DNA of 32,000 bases from Aliivibrio fischeri ES114 (lineage in GTDB: Bacteria; Pseudomonadota; Gammaproteobacteria; Enterobacterales; Vibrionaceae). Under the pieces are notes generated by a model, which did no database searches, was not told the DNA's origin, and was given only the letters and a program-made list of their open reading frames with translations. The DNA lies in assembly GCF_000011805.1 (NCBI RefSeq), contig NC_006841.2, one strand, 5' to 3'. Positions 8,771 to 17,563 of this stretch are shown piece after piece (position 1 is the first letter of the stretch; each line of letters starts with the position of its first letter). Both the position numbers and the translations under genes were made by a program.

Positions 8771-8791
8771 ATTATTATTTTATATTGTTAT

Positions 8792-9994
8792 TTATTTAGG
8801 GATATCTTCACACACTACTAATGCTAATGAAGCAGGATCTTGTCCAACAACTTTAAATTCGCCGCCACCAGTACTATCACTTGGCGTGTTGTAGATATAA
8901 CCTACTGCATTATAGTAATTAAAGTAACTACCCGGTTCTGTTGCATCTTTTTCTGAACTCCACAACATACGAACATCGTATGGCCAGTGTTCAGTTTTAC
9001 CTCCTGCTGTTTCAACCGTTAAGTAACTAGAAAATGCAGTTGGATTTGATACTAATCTTAAACCACGGTTAGTACACTCTTGTGCAGCAATATCTTGAGG
9101 TAATGCAGCAAAGCCATATACATCATCGCCTGTCATTTCATCTGTTGCTACACCGTTTCCATCAGTACGAACAATAAATTCTGATTCTGTAGCTTCATCA
9201 CCTTCATCATAATCGGTTTCAATTGACAACATTGGACGATAATAGTTATCAGCAACATTACCACCAGGGAAGTTTTCTTGTATTGTGAAGTTATCACCAC
9301 CAATACCAGAACCACCGCCTGCTTCAGAAGATAAGGTAACAGAGATCGATACCGTAAGTGGCATTCCTGCTTCTACTGGAACTTCAGCTGTATCTGGATC
9401 TTCATCGTTATCAAAAGTTTCAGGCACTAAAAATTGTTTATTTGATGGGCTAGTTACTGTTTTTACTAACGCCCCATCAATTCGCCATTGATAAGTGGCA
9501 GCAGTAATTTCACTTTCATCAATCGGAGTTGTTTCCCCCTTATTATAAACACTATAAGAAAGATTCACGACTTCTGTTGCTGCAATGAATTTTCCAACCA
9601 ATACGTCAGAAACTTCTTTTTCATTGATACGTGGTGCAAAGGCATCCAATGTTTGAACGCTGTTTAATGACATTTCATTAGAACATTGAATAGAAGATGT
9701 AAGATCGTCTTGATTAATATATGAAATACATGCTGTTAGATTTTGGCTATTACCTAAAATATCAGGAGTAACAATCAATTTCTTACCAAGACCAACAATT
9801 GTGCCTTTTTCATCCTTCCATACAAATTTTGGATTTTTAATCTCATCTTTATTTAGATCAGATTTAACAACCAAAATACTATTTTCACGTATACCTTCAT
9901 CGTTATGATCAATATATACATTTGCAGATGCTGTACCAACAACACCAACAGTTAATAAAGATACCATTGCCAACTGGTTTAATTTAAAATACAT
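8792..9994 (-). CDS. secreted protein with Ig-like repeat modules and a C-terminal DUF1566-like/lectin-like domain
   Basis: Signal peptide MYFKLNQLAMVSLLTVGVVGTASA; SD tggttGGAGtataaatATG. Ig-like motif: ATYQWRIDGALV. A YYRP motif is followed by ...AAQECTNRGLRLVS...RMLWSSEKD...VVCED, which resembles the C-terminal lectin-like domain of the 4669 gene. Confidence 0.8.
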   Translation of the reverse strand: MYFKLNQLAMVSLLTVGVVGTASANVYIDHNDEGIRENSILVVKSDLNKDEIKNPKFVWKDEKGTIVGLGKKLIVTPDILGNSQNLTACISYINQDDLTSSIQCSNEMSLNSVQTLDAFAPRINEKEVSDVLVGKFIAATEVVNLSYSVYNKGETTPIDESEITAATYQWRIDGALVKTVTSPSNKQFLVPETFDNDEDPDTAEVPVEAGMPLTVSISVTLSSEAGGGSGIGGDNFTIQENFPGGNVADNYYRPMLSIETDYDEGDEATESEFIVRTDGNGVATDEMTGDDVYGFAALPQDIAAQECTNRGLRLVSNPTAFSSYLTVETAGGKTEHWPYDVRMLWSSEKDATEPGSYFNYYNAVGYIYNTPSDSTGGGEFKVVGQDPASLALVVCEDIPK

Positions 9995-10133
9995 ATTTAT
10001 ACTCCAACCACTATACGTGGCTATTATTTATAATTTAGATAAAGTTATTTAATCCTTATCTATTTAAAGTACTGCGTTCAATAATTTAAACACAGTGTTA
10101 TATAATCAAATGAAAACTCATTTAATTATAAAA

Positions 10134-12011
10134 TCATTGCCCGACACATAATGGATTAATAAATTCACTATATGGGTAAAAAAATGAAACTTCTCTTTCT
10201 TCTTCAAAAATGACGTCCGAAAGAACAAAACTAAAATCACCTATATAAGAAGAGGTAAAACTCGCATTAGACGCATGGTGATTATTAACAGCCGTTATCC
10301 AACCTGTTGTAAATGAGTAATACGGAACAATATCAGGGTCTTTATACGTTCCAGATTCAGCTCTCTTCATACCTAAAACTGAACGATTCAATGCAGCAAG
10401 ACTATATTTAGATGACGCTAGCTCTAACATTCCTTCTTGATCTAAAGAATCAACTTCAGAACCTTCACTTAAAACATCGAGTCCTGGAACGGCCAAATAC
10501 CAATGTTTAGTATCACTATTAAGCAAGTTACATGATTGAGCTTCTGTACTGTGCTCATACACTGACCATTTATAACCAAACACGGCTAAAGGATTATCAT
10601 TCGAAGGAGCAGGAAACTCACCTTCACTAAATTTCAGTTTTTGCGCATTTTTTGCTTCTGTTATTGTTAATGGCCTATGGTAATAAGAGTCATCTCTTGT
10701 ACCACCCAAAGAATCTAAATAACGTCCTTCTGCCGACCCAGGGATCAAGATTTCACGTATCGGCTCTATACCTCGAGAGTAAAATAATGGTTTATCTGGT
10801 GTTTCGGGATAATATGCACCACCTGTGACGCACTCAGTATCATCTGTACATATCTCAGCGTCCCCTTTTGCCGAAAGAGGTGTCGCTTCTGAAGCATTAA
10901 CACAATATTCATACCCGAGTTCAGTACTATCAATACAAAAACTGATGTCTTTACCAATAAAATACGTAGCATCTTTAGGTAGAGGATCTCCATTTGCTTC
11001 AGCAACAAGCCAATCCCAATCATCAAGTTGCTTATCAAGACTCACTTGTTGATCTCTACTGCTCCCCATATCCATTAAGCCCGGAACTAATTCCACAGCT
11101 TTATCTCGAGTACCTATGGTGTAAGATAAGTTAGTACCTACACCACCTTCTCCTTCAGTAATCTCAACTCTGTCTTCTGCTTTATCGTTTGTCCAACCAT
11201 CTTGTGCGCTTAAATTGGCTTTCCATTTTGTATCACCAGTTAGTCCATATATTTTCGCGGTTAACGTGGCACCATATTCCAATGAGCCAGTAATTTTAGT
11301 GCCAATTCCTTTTGTTGAATCGCAGTTAAGTGGACCAACTTGAGTACCCTCCCCAATTGGGAGAACACAAGCTCGAATGGTTTTATCAATATAACGGCGG
11401 TTAATATCATACATACAATCCTTACCAGCACCGGATTCACATTGAGTAAACTCTGGCATATGATCATCGCCCAAAGTATGAGTAACAAAACCAAATATAC
11501 TTTTACCTTCGGGGATACCTGCACCATTATCATCATAGGTATAAGAAGCACTTATGGTATTTCCAGGTAGAGGAAAAACTGACGAATCTATCGTAACTTC
11601 AGCTGAAATATCTGATGAAAGCCCAATACTTAAATCTGTACAATATTCGTCACCAACTAATTCACCTGTTTTTGCTGATGGAGTAACACATCCAGATACC
11701 GTTACACCTAACAACGCACTTGCATCCGAAACAGGCAAGATATAATCATCAGCATCAGGAATCTCGACACCATCTTTTAACCAACGAAAAGTAAACTGTT
11801 CAACATCAGGCTCGTCTCCTTCTTCATCGTAATACGTTCCAGTCAGCTCCAACTGTTTATCTGCAATATTACCAATAATCTGTTCATCAAGAACTTGAGG
11901 GGCATGGTTTGATGTCGGATCCGTAGGCCGACTAGGCATAAGATCCGTATCCCCATTCTTACAACTAACTAAAGAGACCAAAGTAGTTAATACAATAATA
12001 GATTTATTCAT
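10134..12011 (-). CDS. lipoprotein with tandem Ig-like repeat modules and a YYHRP-containing C-terminal domain
   Basis: The best start is ATG 12011: MNKSIIVLTTLVSLVS|C with lipobox LVSC. It lies 1 nt after the TAA of the upstream OmpA-like gene (translational coupling). The ORF-track start at 12047 lies inside that gene. Modules include FTFRWLKDGVEIP...GVTVSGCVTPSAKTGELVGDEYC. Confidence 0.85.
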   Translation of the reverse strand: MNKSIIVLTTLVSLVSCKNGDTDLMPSRPTDPTSNHAPQVLDEQIIGNIADKQLELTGTYYDEEGDEPDVEQFTFRWLKDGVEIPDADDYILPVSDASALLGVTVSGCVTPSAKTGELVGDEYCTDLSIGLSSDISAEVTIDSSVFPLPGNTISASYTYDDNGAGIPEGKSIFGFVTHTLGDDHMPEFTQCESGAGKDCMYDINRRYIDKTIRACVLPIGEGTQVGPLNCDSTKGIGTKITGSLEYGATLTAKIYGLTGDTKWKANLSAQDGWTNDKAEDRVEITEGEGGVGTNLSYTIGTRDKAVELVPGLMDMGSSRDQQVSLDKQLDDWDWLVAEANGDPLPKDATYFIGKDISFCIDSTELGYEYCVNASEATPLSAKGDAEICTDDTECVTGGAYYPETPDKPLFYSRGIEPIREILIPGSAEGRYLDSLGGTRDDSYYHRPLTITEAKNAQKLKFSEGEFPAPSNDNPLAVFGYKWSVYEHSTEAQSCNLLNSDTKHWYLAVPGLDVLSEGSEVDSLDQEGMLELASSKYSLAALNRSVLGMKRAESGTYKDPDIVPYYSFTTGWITAVNNHHASNASFTSSYIGDFSFVLSDVIFEEEREVSFFYPYSEFINPLCVGQ

Positions 12012-12012
12012 A

Positions 12013-13053
12013 TTAAGACCCAACCCTACGATTAAACTGAATAACAACTCGACGATTCAGAGCCGATTCATTTCGCATAAGGTCTTCATTTACAAGCGGG
12101 TCTGCTGAGCCTTTAGAGTTAATGAGAATTCTTTCTTCATCCACACCAGCTTTAATCAGCATATCTGCAGCGTAAGTTGCTCTTCGTAAAGATTCGATAT
12201 CATTTGCTGAATCCGTTCCTTTTGCGTCGGTGTAACCTGTGATGCTTACTTTCCCTTGTCCCTGCTTAACGCTTAACGCCAGTTCATTCCATGAGTGCCA
12301 TTGCTTACTTTCAACAACAAAACGGCTTTCCCCAAATTCAAAATGAAGCGTAACTTGCTCTGGATAATAGGTTGCTTCAGGGACCAGCTTTACAATCGTT
12401 TCAGGCTTAAGTTCTGGCTCTGGTTTTGCTTTAAATTTATAAGTCAAACCAAGAGAGGTGAAGTAGAGGTCACTTTTACCAGTTTTAGCATTACCTATAC
12501 CGTCAATAATTGAGGTTCCAAATCGCAAGCTCCAATTTGGAGCAAGCGCATATTCAGCACCAATTTCCCAAATATCGTCTATGCTAGAATCGGATTCAAA
12601 CATGCCAAGATGCACATTATCGTTGCCCGAAACAGATAAATAGTTATAAGCGGCACCACCTTTCGCATACAAATCAAGATTATCGGTAACCGGTAGTGAT
12701 AACTTCACAGATAAGTCAACACCCGTAGCATTTGAATAATAACCATCACCAACCCCATAAAAAGTCTTAGGGCTTCCGTAATCATGCCAGCTACCTTCTA
12801 AGGCAAACCAAGAATTAAACTGATAACCACCATAAAGACCACCACCAGTGACATAATTTTTACACTCGATTGCATTTGATGAGCACGCACCTAAAAAGTG
12901 ACTAACGCCAACCTGCCCACCTAAATACACATGAGATTGTTCTTCTTTTGATTCAGAAGCTATAGTTCCATTAGAGATAATTAACATTATTGCCAATAGT
13001 AAGGCTTTTATTTTTATTATGTAATTATCGTTATAAATTTTATGTTTTATCAC
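12013..13053 (-). CDS. OmpA-family outer-membrane protein (N-terminal beta-barrel plus C-terminal OmpA/peptidoglycan-binding domain)
   Basis: GTG start at 13053 with an upstream AAAGG. Signal peptide ...IKIKALLLAIMLIISNGTIA. Alternating aromatic/Gly barrel strands (YLGGQVGVSHF, GLYGGYQFNSWFALEGSW, LGLTYKF). The C-terminus ITGYTDAKGTDSANDIESLRRATYAADMLIKAGV...NRRVVIQF is the OmpA_C-like motif. Confidence 0.88.
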   Translation of the reverse strand: MIKHKIYNDNYIIKIKALLLAIMLIISNGTIASESKEEQSHVYLGGQVGVSHFLGACSSNAIECKNYVTGGGLYGGYQFNSWFALEGSWHDYGSPKTFYGVGDGYYSNATGVDLSVKLSLPVTDNLDLYAKGGAAYNYLSVSGNDNVHLGMFESDSSIDDIWEIGAEYALAPNWSLRFGTSIIDGIGNAKTGKSDLYFTSLGLTYKFKAKPEPELKPETIVKLVPEATYYPEQVTLHFEFGESRFVVESKQWHSWNELALSVKQGQGKVSITGYTDAKGTDSANDIESLRRATYAADMLIKAGVDEERILINSKGSADPLVNEDLMRNESALNRRVVIQFNRRVGS

Positions 13054-13120
13054 TTTACTTTACCTTTATAACTAGCCAAATTTAAAACAAAGACAAGCTT
13101 CATTTTAATTTACATTCTAT

Positions 13121-13408
13121 TTATGTATTTATATAAGACTCAGATTGAGCAGATGATTGAAATCGACACTTATTTGCCATCTCTAATGATTTCAATATAC
13201 TCTTCATTCTTTCTTCACTTATTGATGATTTTTTTTCTTTAGGCTCTTTAATATCAAAGCTCTTCTTACTTACGAATTTATCGTCACTGTTTTTTATACG
13301 ATATTCAAAATAACTGGATAATATTAAGTCTAAAGAAATACTTTCATATCTCTCATAACAACGCTCTAAGCGTTTAATTGTTCTTCTCTCTACAGGATTC
13401 ATTTTCAT
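13121..13408 (-). CDS. hypothetical small charged protein (95 aa); possibly the first gene or regulator of the surface-protein cluster, or non-coding
   Basis: Open frame only. The SD is weak, the composition is K/E/S-rich and helical, and no motif is recognised. Confidence 0.3.
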   Translation of the reverse strand: MKMNPVERRTIKRLERCYERYESISLDLILSSYFEYRIKNSDDKFVSKKSFDIKEPKEKKSSISEERMKSILKSLEMANKCRFQSSAQSESYINT

Positions 13409-13663
13409 CAGCCACGGGTTACCTAGTCAACATTTTTAATATTAATATTTTTTATATATAAGAGATTTCATTTTTATTTATATGAATATCTCCCCTCCAA
13501 AAAAAGATATTTCTTTTTAGAGTTTCTTCTTATTTAAATTAATATTTAATTCTATTTTACAAAGTAGGTAGAATGTAAGTTAAATAATAAGACTTGTTTT
13601 AGTAACGATGTTTGAAGGTGATATGAAAATGGATTAAAATGAACACATGTTGTAACAAAACGT

Positions 13664-13683
13664 AAATTGATATTTATAAGCTA
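13664..13683 (+). repeat. left copy of a ~20-bp direct repeat flanking the recombinase gene
   Basis: aaTtgata--tttataagcta (13665-13683) versus aaCtgataATtttataagcta (14693-14713): 18 of 19 aligned bases identical plus a 2-nt indel. A second shared 11-mer, aataacaataa, occurs at 13777-13787 and 14730-14740 in the same order. Confidence 0.35.
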
Positions 13684-13848
13684 TTGATTTTAAAGTGGGT
13701 TCGACACTAGTTTACCGTCTACCTATTTGGTTAAATAGATGAAAAAATACACCATTTACAACAAACAACACCAATCAATAACAATAAATACATTTACCAA
13801 CCCAATAAAAAGCGCCATTATTTTGGCATTGAGTCACAGAAATAAAAC

Positions 13849-14652
13849 TTAGCTCGATAAATAGGTAATAAGTGTCTTTTGAGCCAATTTAATATCATCG
13901 TCTGATACACCTATATACCTTAAGCTGACACTTTCTGATTTATGCCCTATGGTGGTCATGACAAGACTAATGTCCTTACCTGTTGCGAAATATAAATGCC
14001 TCGCAAAACTCTTCCTTAATGTATGACACCCTACTTTAGCTGTACTCCCTATTTTCTCTAACACCTGAGTAAGCTTAGAAAACACAGTCCAGCAAGCCTG
14101 ACGAGTTAATAAACCATCCACCCCTTTAGCTCTATTACTCAGTAATGTTTTACGACTAAAAACAGAATCGCTGTTAATGTGTCTAAACTTCTCCTTTCTT
14201 TGCTTAAGCATAAAAACCATTTTTTTACTGAATAAGAAGGAGCGAGTTACGGGTGGTGTCGCTTTTTTAGCTGCAGAAACCCTTTCATTCACCATTAATA
14301 TCCACTCTTTAGGAAGCAGTTTTTCAATTTGATAAAATGGGGTTATGTACGTTGCCGTCAATTTTTTAACGTTATGTTGGTAATGAAGAATAAGTTCCTC
14401 TTTAACTTGTTTAAGTACCCGATGTTTGGCTCTTGCTTTACGTGCTAATGTACCTTTACTTTCAATAACTTCACAATGACCGCTTCTAAAATCAATATCA
14501 GAATATTTTAATCTTAATATATCGCTGATCCGTAATCCTGTCTCAAGTCCAATATTCCAAATTAATGAAAATGCAGGATCATGATTCTTCTGTAAATATT
14601 TTGCCGCATACTTTAAATGCTCTTTGTTTTTTATTGGTTCTACATAAGCCAT
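13849..14652 (-). CDS. tyrosine site-specific recombinase/integrase (catalytic domain only, with an internal insertion)
   Basis: Catalytic residues read in order: R41 (ETGLRISD), K (ESKG), HxxR (CHTLRKSFARH), H (IGHKS), Y (LRYIG). The first Arg is only about 40 aa from the N-terminus, so there is no SAM-like core-binding domain. An extra stretch of about 50-60 aa lies between the beta-hairpin Lys and the HxxR box. Confidence 0.88.
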   Translation of the reverse strand: MAYVEPIKNKEHLKYAAKYLQKNHDPAFSLIWNIGLETGLRISDILRLKYSDIDFRSGHCEVIESKGTLARKARAKHRVLKQVKEELILHYQHNVKKLTATYITPFYQIEKLLPKEWILMVNERVSAAKKATPPVTRSFLFSKKMVFMLKQRKEKFRHINSDSVFSRKTLLSNRAKGVDGLLTRQACWTVFSKLTQVLEKIGSTAKVGCHTLRKSFARHLYFATGKDISLVMTTIGHKSESVSLRYIGVSDDDIKLAQKTLITYLSS

Positions 14653-14692
14653 TACTTTGCTCCTCTATTTATGGCTGTAAGTTGGTTATATT

Positions 14693-14713
14693 AACTGATA
14701 ATTTTATAAGCTA
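14693..14713 (+). repeat. right copy of the direct repeat flanking the recombinase gene
   Basis: See the left copy (13664-13683). Confidence 0.35.
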
Positions 14714-14917
14714 ACATACCCAAGAAGTTAATAACAATAATATCAGTATAGTTCTATATCATTGAGTAATCTTAAAAAGATTAACTATAATTTTCGATAT
14801 CAACTTAGGTTAAATTAAGGTTTTGCCTGAAATAAAGCAGTTTTAAATTTCGCTACATTGTCATTCAAAAAGCACTAGGTAGTATTGTTTATATTCTATA
14901 GCGTCTTATAAAAACTC

Positions 14918-15928
14918 ATGAAAAAAAGCAGACATTTCAGTATTACCTTCACCTTATTTTTTATCTCAAGTTTAATTGGATATTTGATCTACTTTGCCTG
15001 GCAATATTCTAATAATCACCCGAGTACCGAGAATGCTTACGTCCGCGCCAAAATAGTTTCCATTGCGCCTCAAATAAAAGGACGAATTATCTCAGTTGAG
15101 GTGAATGACTACCAAAAGGTGAATAAAGGCGATCTGCTACTTAAGATAGATCCTCAACCGTATCTGCTAGCAGTAAAAAGAGCAGAGTCAGCATATCAAC
15201 TCGCAGTGCAACAACATCAAGTCGCAGACAGCAAAGTTACACAAGCTATTGCCAACTTAAATGGTGTGACTTCTAACCTTAAAGAAACACAAATTGAATT
15301 CAAAAGAACTCAAGCCTTAGTTAGTCGCAAATTAAGCTCACAACAAGAGCTAGACATAATCAAAAACAAATTAGCCATTGCACAGGCAAAACTAGAGGAA
15401 GCAAGAGCCAACGTAGAAGCCGCAATAGCAAACAGAGGGGACGATAATGGCGTTGATGCCGCCATAGTACAACAAGCATCTGCAGAGCTTGCTCAAGCTG
15501 AACTAGACCTAAGTTACACCGATATCACAGCTCCAACCGACGGTTTACTTGGAGAAATAAATGTTTTTGTTGGTTCTGTTGTTAAAAACAGTCAAATGCT
15601 GTTTCCTTTAGTGGTTAAAAACACTTACTGGGTTAGAGCTAACTTTAAAGAAACCTCATTAACCAACATTAGAATGGGGCAAACAGCAGAAGTCGTTATC
15701 GATATGTACCCAGATATCACCTGGCAAGCCAAAGTAAGCGAACTTTCTCCCGCCAGTGGTACTTCGTTTTCTCTCATGCCACCAGAAAACGCAACTGGAA
15801 ACTGGGTAAAAATCAAACAACGATACCCTGTGAAGCTAATCTTAGATATTCCAAAAGATTCTCCTCAACTTCGCATTGGTGCAAGTGCAGAGGTCACAAT
15901 CAATTTGTCAGATGATTCAAGAACATGA
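14918..15928 (+). CDS. emrA: HlyD-family membrane fusion protein of an EmrAB-type efflux pump
   Basis: One N-terminal TM, a lipoyl-like motif (VRAKIVSIAPQIKGRIISVEVNDYQKVNKGDLLLKIDPQPY), a long coiled coil, and YTDITAPTDG. It overlaps the downstream MFS gene by 4 nt (ATGA). Confidence 0.85.
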   Translation: MKKSRHFSITFTLFFISSLIGYLIYFAWQYSNNHPSTENAYVRAKIVSIAPQIKGRIISVEVNDYQKVNKGDLLLKIDPQPYLLAVKRAESAYQLAVQQHQVADSKVTQAIANLNGVTSNLKETQIEFKRTQALVSRKLSSQQELDIIKNKLAIAQAKLEEARANVEAAIANRGDDNGVDAAIVQQASAELAQAELDLSYTDITAPTDGLLGEINVFVGSVVKNSQMLFPLVVKNTYWVRANFKETSLTNIRMGQTAEVVIDMYPDITWQAKVSELSPASGTSFSLMPPENATGNWVKIKQRYPVKLILDIPKDSPQLRIGASAEVTINLSDDSRT

Positions 15929-17394
15929 GCAAAAATGGTGCAACGATCGCCGTCATGCTTGCTGTCTTGATGGTACAAATTGACATCACAGTTGCAAATG
16001 TTTCCTTACCTCACATCATGGGTTCTCTTGGTACAACCGTTGACAAGATCCCTTGGATATTAACCAGCTATAGCATGGCCGAAGCCATCTTTATCCCAAT
16101 AACAAGCTTTTGGGTCGCTCGGTTTGGTGAACGAAAAGTAATGTTAGTTGCTATCATAGGTTTTACTATCGCAAGTATGCTTTGTGGTACCGCACAAACC
16201 TTAGCCGAGCTAGTTATTTACCGAATTTTTCAAGGAATGTTTGGGGCTTCAATGTTGCCTTTAGCCCAATCGACCATTGCTCAACTTTATCCAGCTGGAC
16301 AAAGAGGACGTGGGATGGCCATTTTTTCTATTGGTATTCTTCTTGGCCCAATATTCGGACCTATTATCGGAGGGATTATTACTGATAACATCAACTGGCG
16401 ATGGATTTTTTACATCAACCTTCCTGTTGGCTTAATTAGTATTTACCTTATTTATAAACACATTCACCTTAACAATCGCTCTAAATCCAAGTTTGATTGG
16501 TGGCTTGTTAGCTATATGGCAATATTCATCAGCTCATTGCAATTTATTCTTGATAGAGGCAATGAGAAAGATTGGCTCGATTCAAGATTAATTCAAATTT
16601 TACTCGCCTTTACTATTATTGGCGGAATAATGTGGATATACAGAAGTTTAAAAACCAAAGGTTCTATTGCTCCACTATGGGTTTTAAAAGATAGGAATTT
16701 ATTAGCCTCATCTATTATCGGAGGATTAATATCAATGTGCACCTCAGGGCTAGGTGTTCAATTATCTATTTTATTAGAAGAAGTTCTTAATTATCCAGTA
16801 TTAGATACAGGGCTACTTATGACACCAAGAGGACTTGTTTCAGCATTCGTACTTGTTTTAGTCATTAAATTTAATCCGCAGTTCGATCCTCGTTTGAAAA
16901 TACTTTTTGGTTTACTGTGCCTTGGACTTGGAAATTACTTAATGACTAAGTACTCACTCAATATAGATACGTTTTGGATCGTATTTCCTGGCATGATACA
17001 AGGATTAGGGCTTGGGTTAGCCTTTTCCACATTATCCGTTGTTGCCTATTTGACCTTACCTACACAGCATTCCATTGCAGGTGCTAGTATTTATAACCTT
17101 TTCAGGATCTTAGGTAGTGCCTCAGGTATCTCAATAGTCACTACGCTGCAATATCGAGATTCACAGCAGCAATGGCACGGATTAACGGAAGGTTTTTCTC
17201 CTTATAATCCTGATTTGCAAAAGTGGCTACAATTAAACGATTTGTCGATTACTGATCCAGAGTCAATTCTACGCTATGAAAATATGATTTATGAACAAAG
17301 TCAGATCGTCGTATTTACGCATATGTACCAATGGATCGGTATGAGTGTCATTTTCCTTATTCCATTACTCTTATTAATCAAAGTAAAAAAATAA
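15925..17394 (+). CDS. emrB: DHA2-family (EmrB/QacA, 14-TMS) MFS multidrug efflux permease
   Basis: 489 aa with about 14 hydrophobic segments. MFS motif A-like GERKVMLVAIIGF, motif C-like GPIFGPIIGG, and NWRWIFYINLPVG, which is typical of DHA2. Confidence 0.85.
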   Translation: MSKNGATIAVMLAVLMVQIDITVANVSLPHIMGSLGTTVDKIPWILTSYSMAEAIFIPITSFWVARFGERKVMLVAIIGFTIASMLCGTAQTLAELVIYRIFQGMFGASMLPLAQSTIAQLYPAGQRGRGMAIFSIGILLGPIFGPIIGGIITDNINWRWIFYINLPVGLISIYLIYKHIHLNNRSKSKFDWWLVSYMAIFISSLQFILDRGNEKDWLDSRLIQILLAFTIIGGIMWIYRSLKTKGSIAPLWVLKDRNLLASSIIGGLISMCTSGLGVQLSILLEEVLNYPVLDTGLLMTPRGLVSAFVLVLVIKFNPQFDPRLKILFGLLCLGLGNYLMTKYSLNIDTFWIVFPGMIQGLGLGLAFSTLSVVAYLTLPTQHSIAGASIYNLFRILGSASGISIVTTLQYRDSQQQWHGLTEGFSPYNPDLQKWLQLNDLSITDPESILRYENMIYEQSQIVVFTHMYQWIGMSVIFLIPLLLLIKVKK

Positions 17395-17563
17395 GGCTTT
17401 GCTTAATTTAATAATAAATAAAAATCAATCTTTAATTTTCTTAAAAAATATAAAATGCGCATGTGAATGACAATCCAATAATAAATTAGTTGTTAGTATC
17501 TTCTCCGTTGATTGGCTAGAAACATCAACATGAAATTAACTAATTAAAATAAGGAAACATGTT

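Noticed and set aside
13697-13712. tRNA-like T-loop sequence GGTTCGA (agtGGGTTCGAcact), a possible tRNA gene or tRNA 3'-end att remnant next to the recombinase.
   Set aside because: Only a 4-bp stem can be drawn. Positions 51-63 and 52-62 do not pair properly. There is no acceptor stem, anticodon arm or CCA context. A 7-nt match is expected by chance.
13054-14917. A fimS-like invertible promoter element bounded by inverted repeats near the recombinase.
   Set aside because: Scanning by eye found only short local AT-rich palindromes (e.g. 13462-13492, 13503-13519, 13723-13738) and direct rather than inverted repeats. It is kept only as a hypothesis that needs a computational IR search and read-orientation data.
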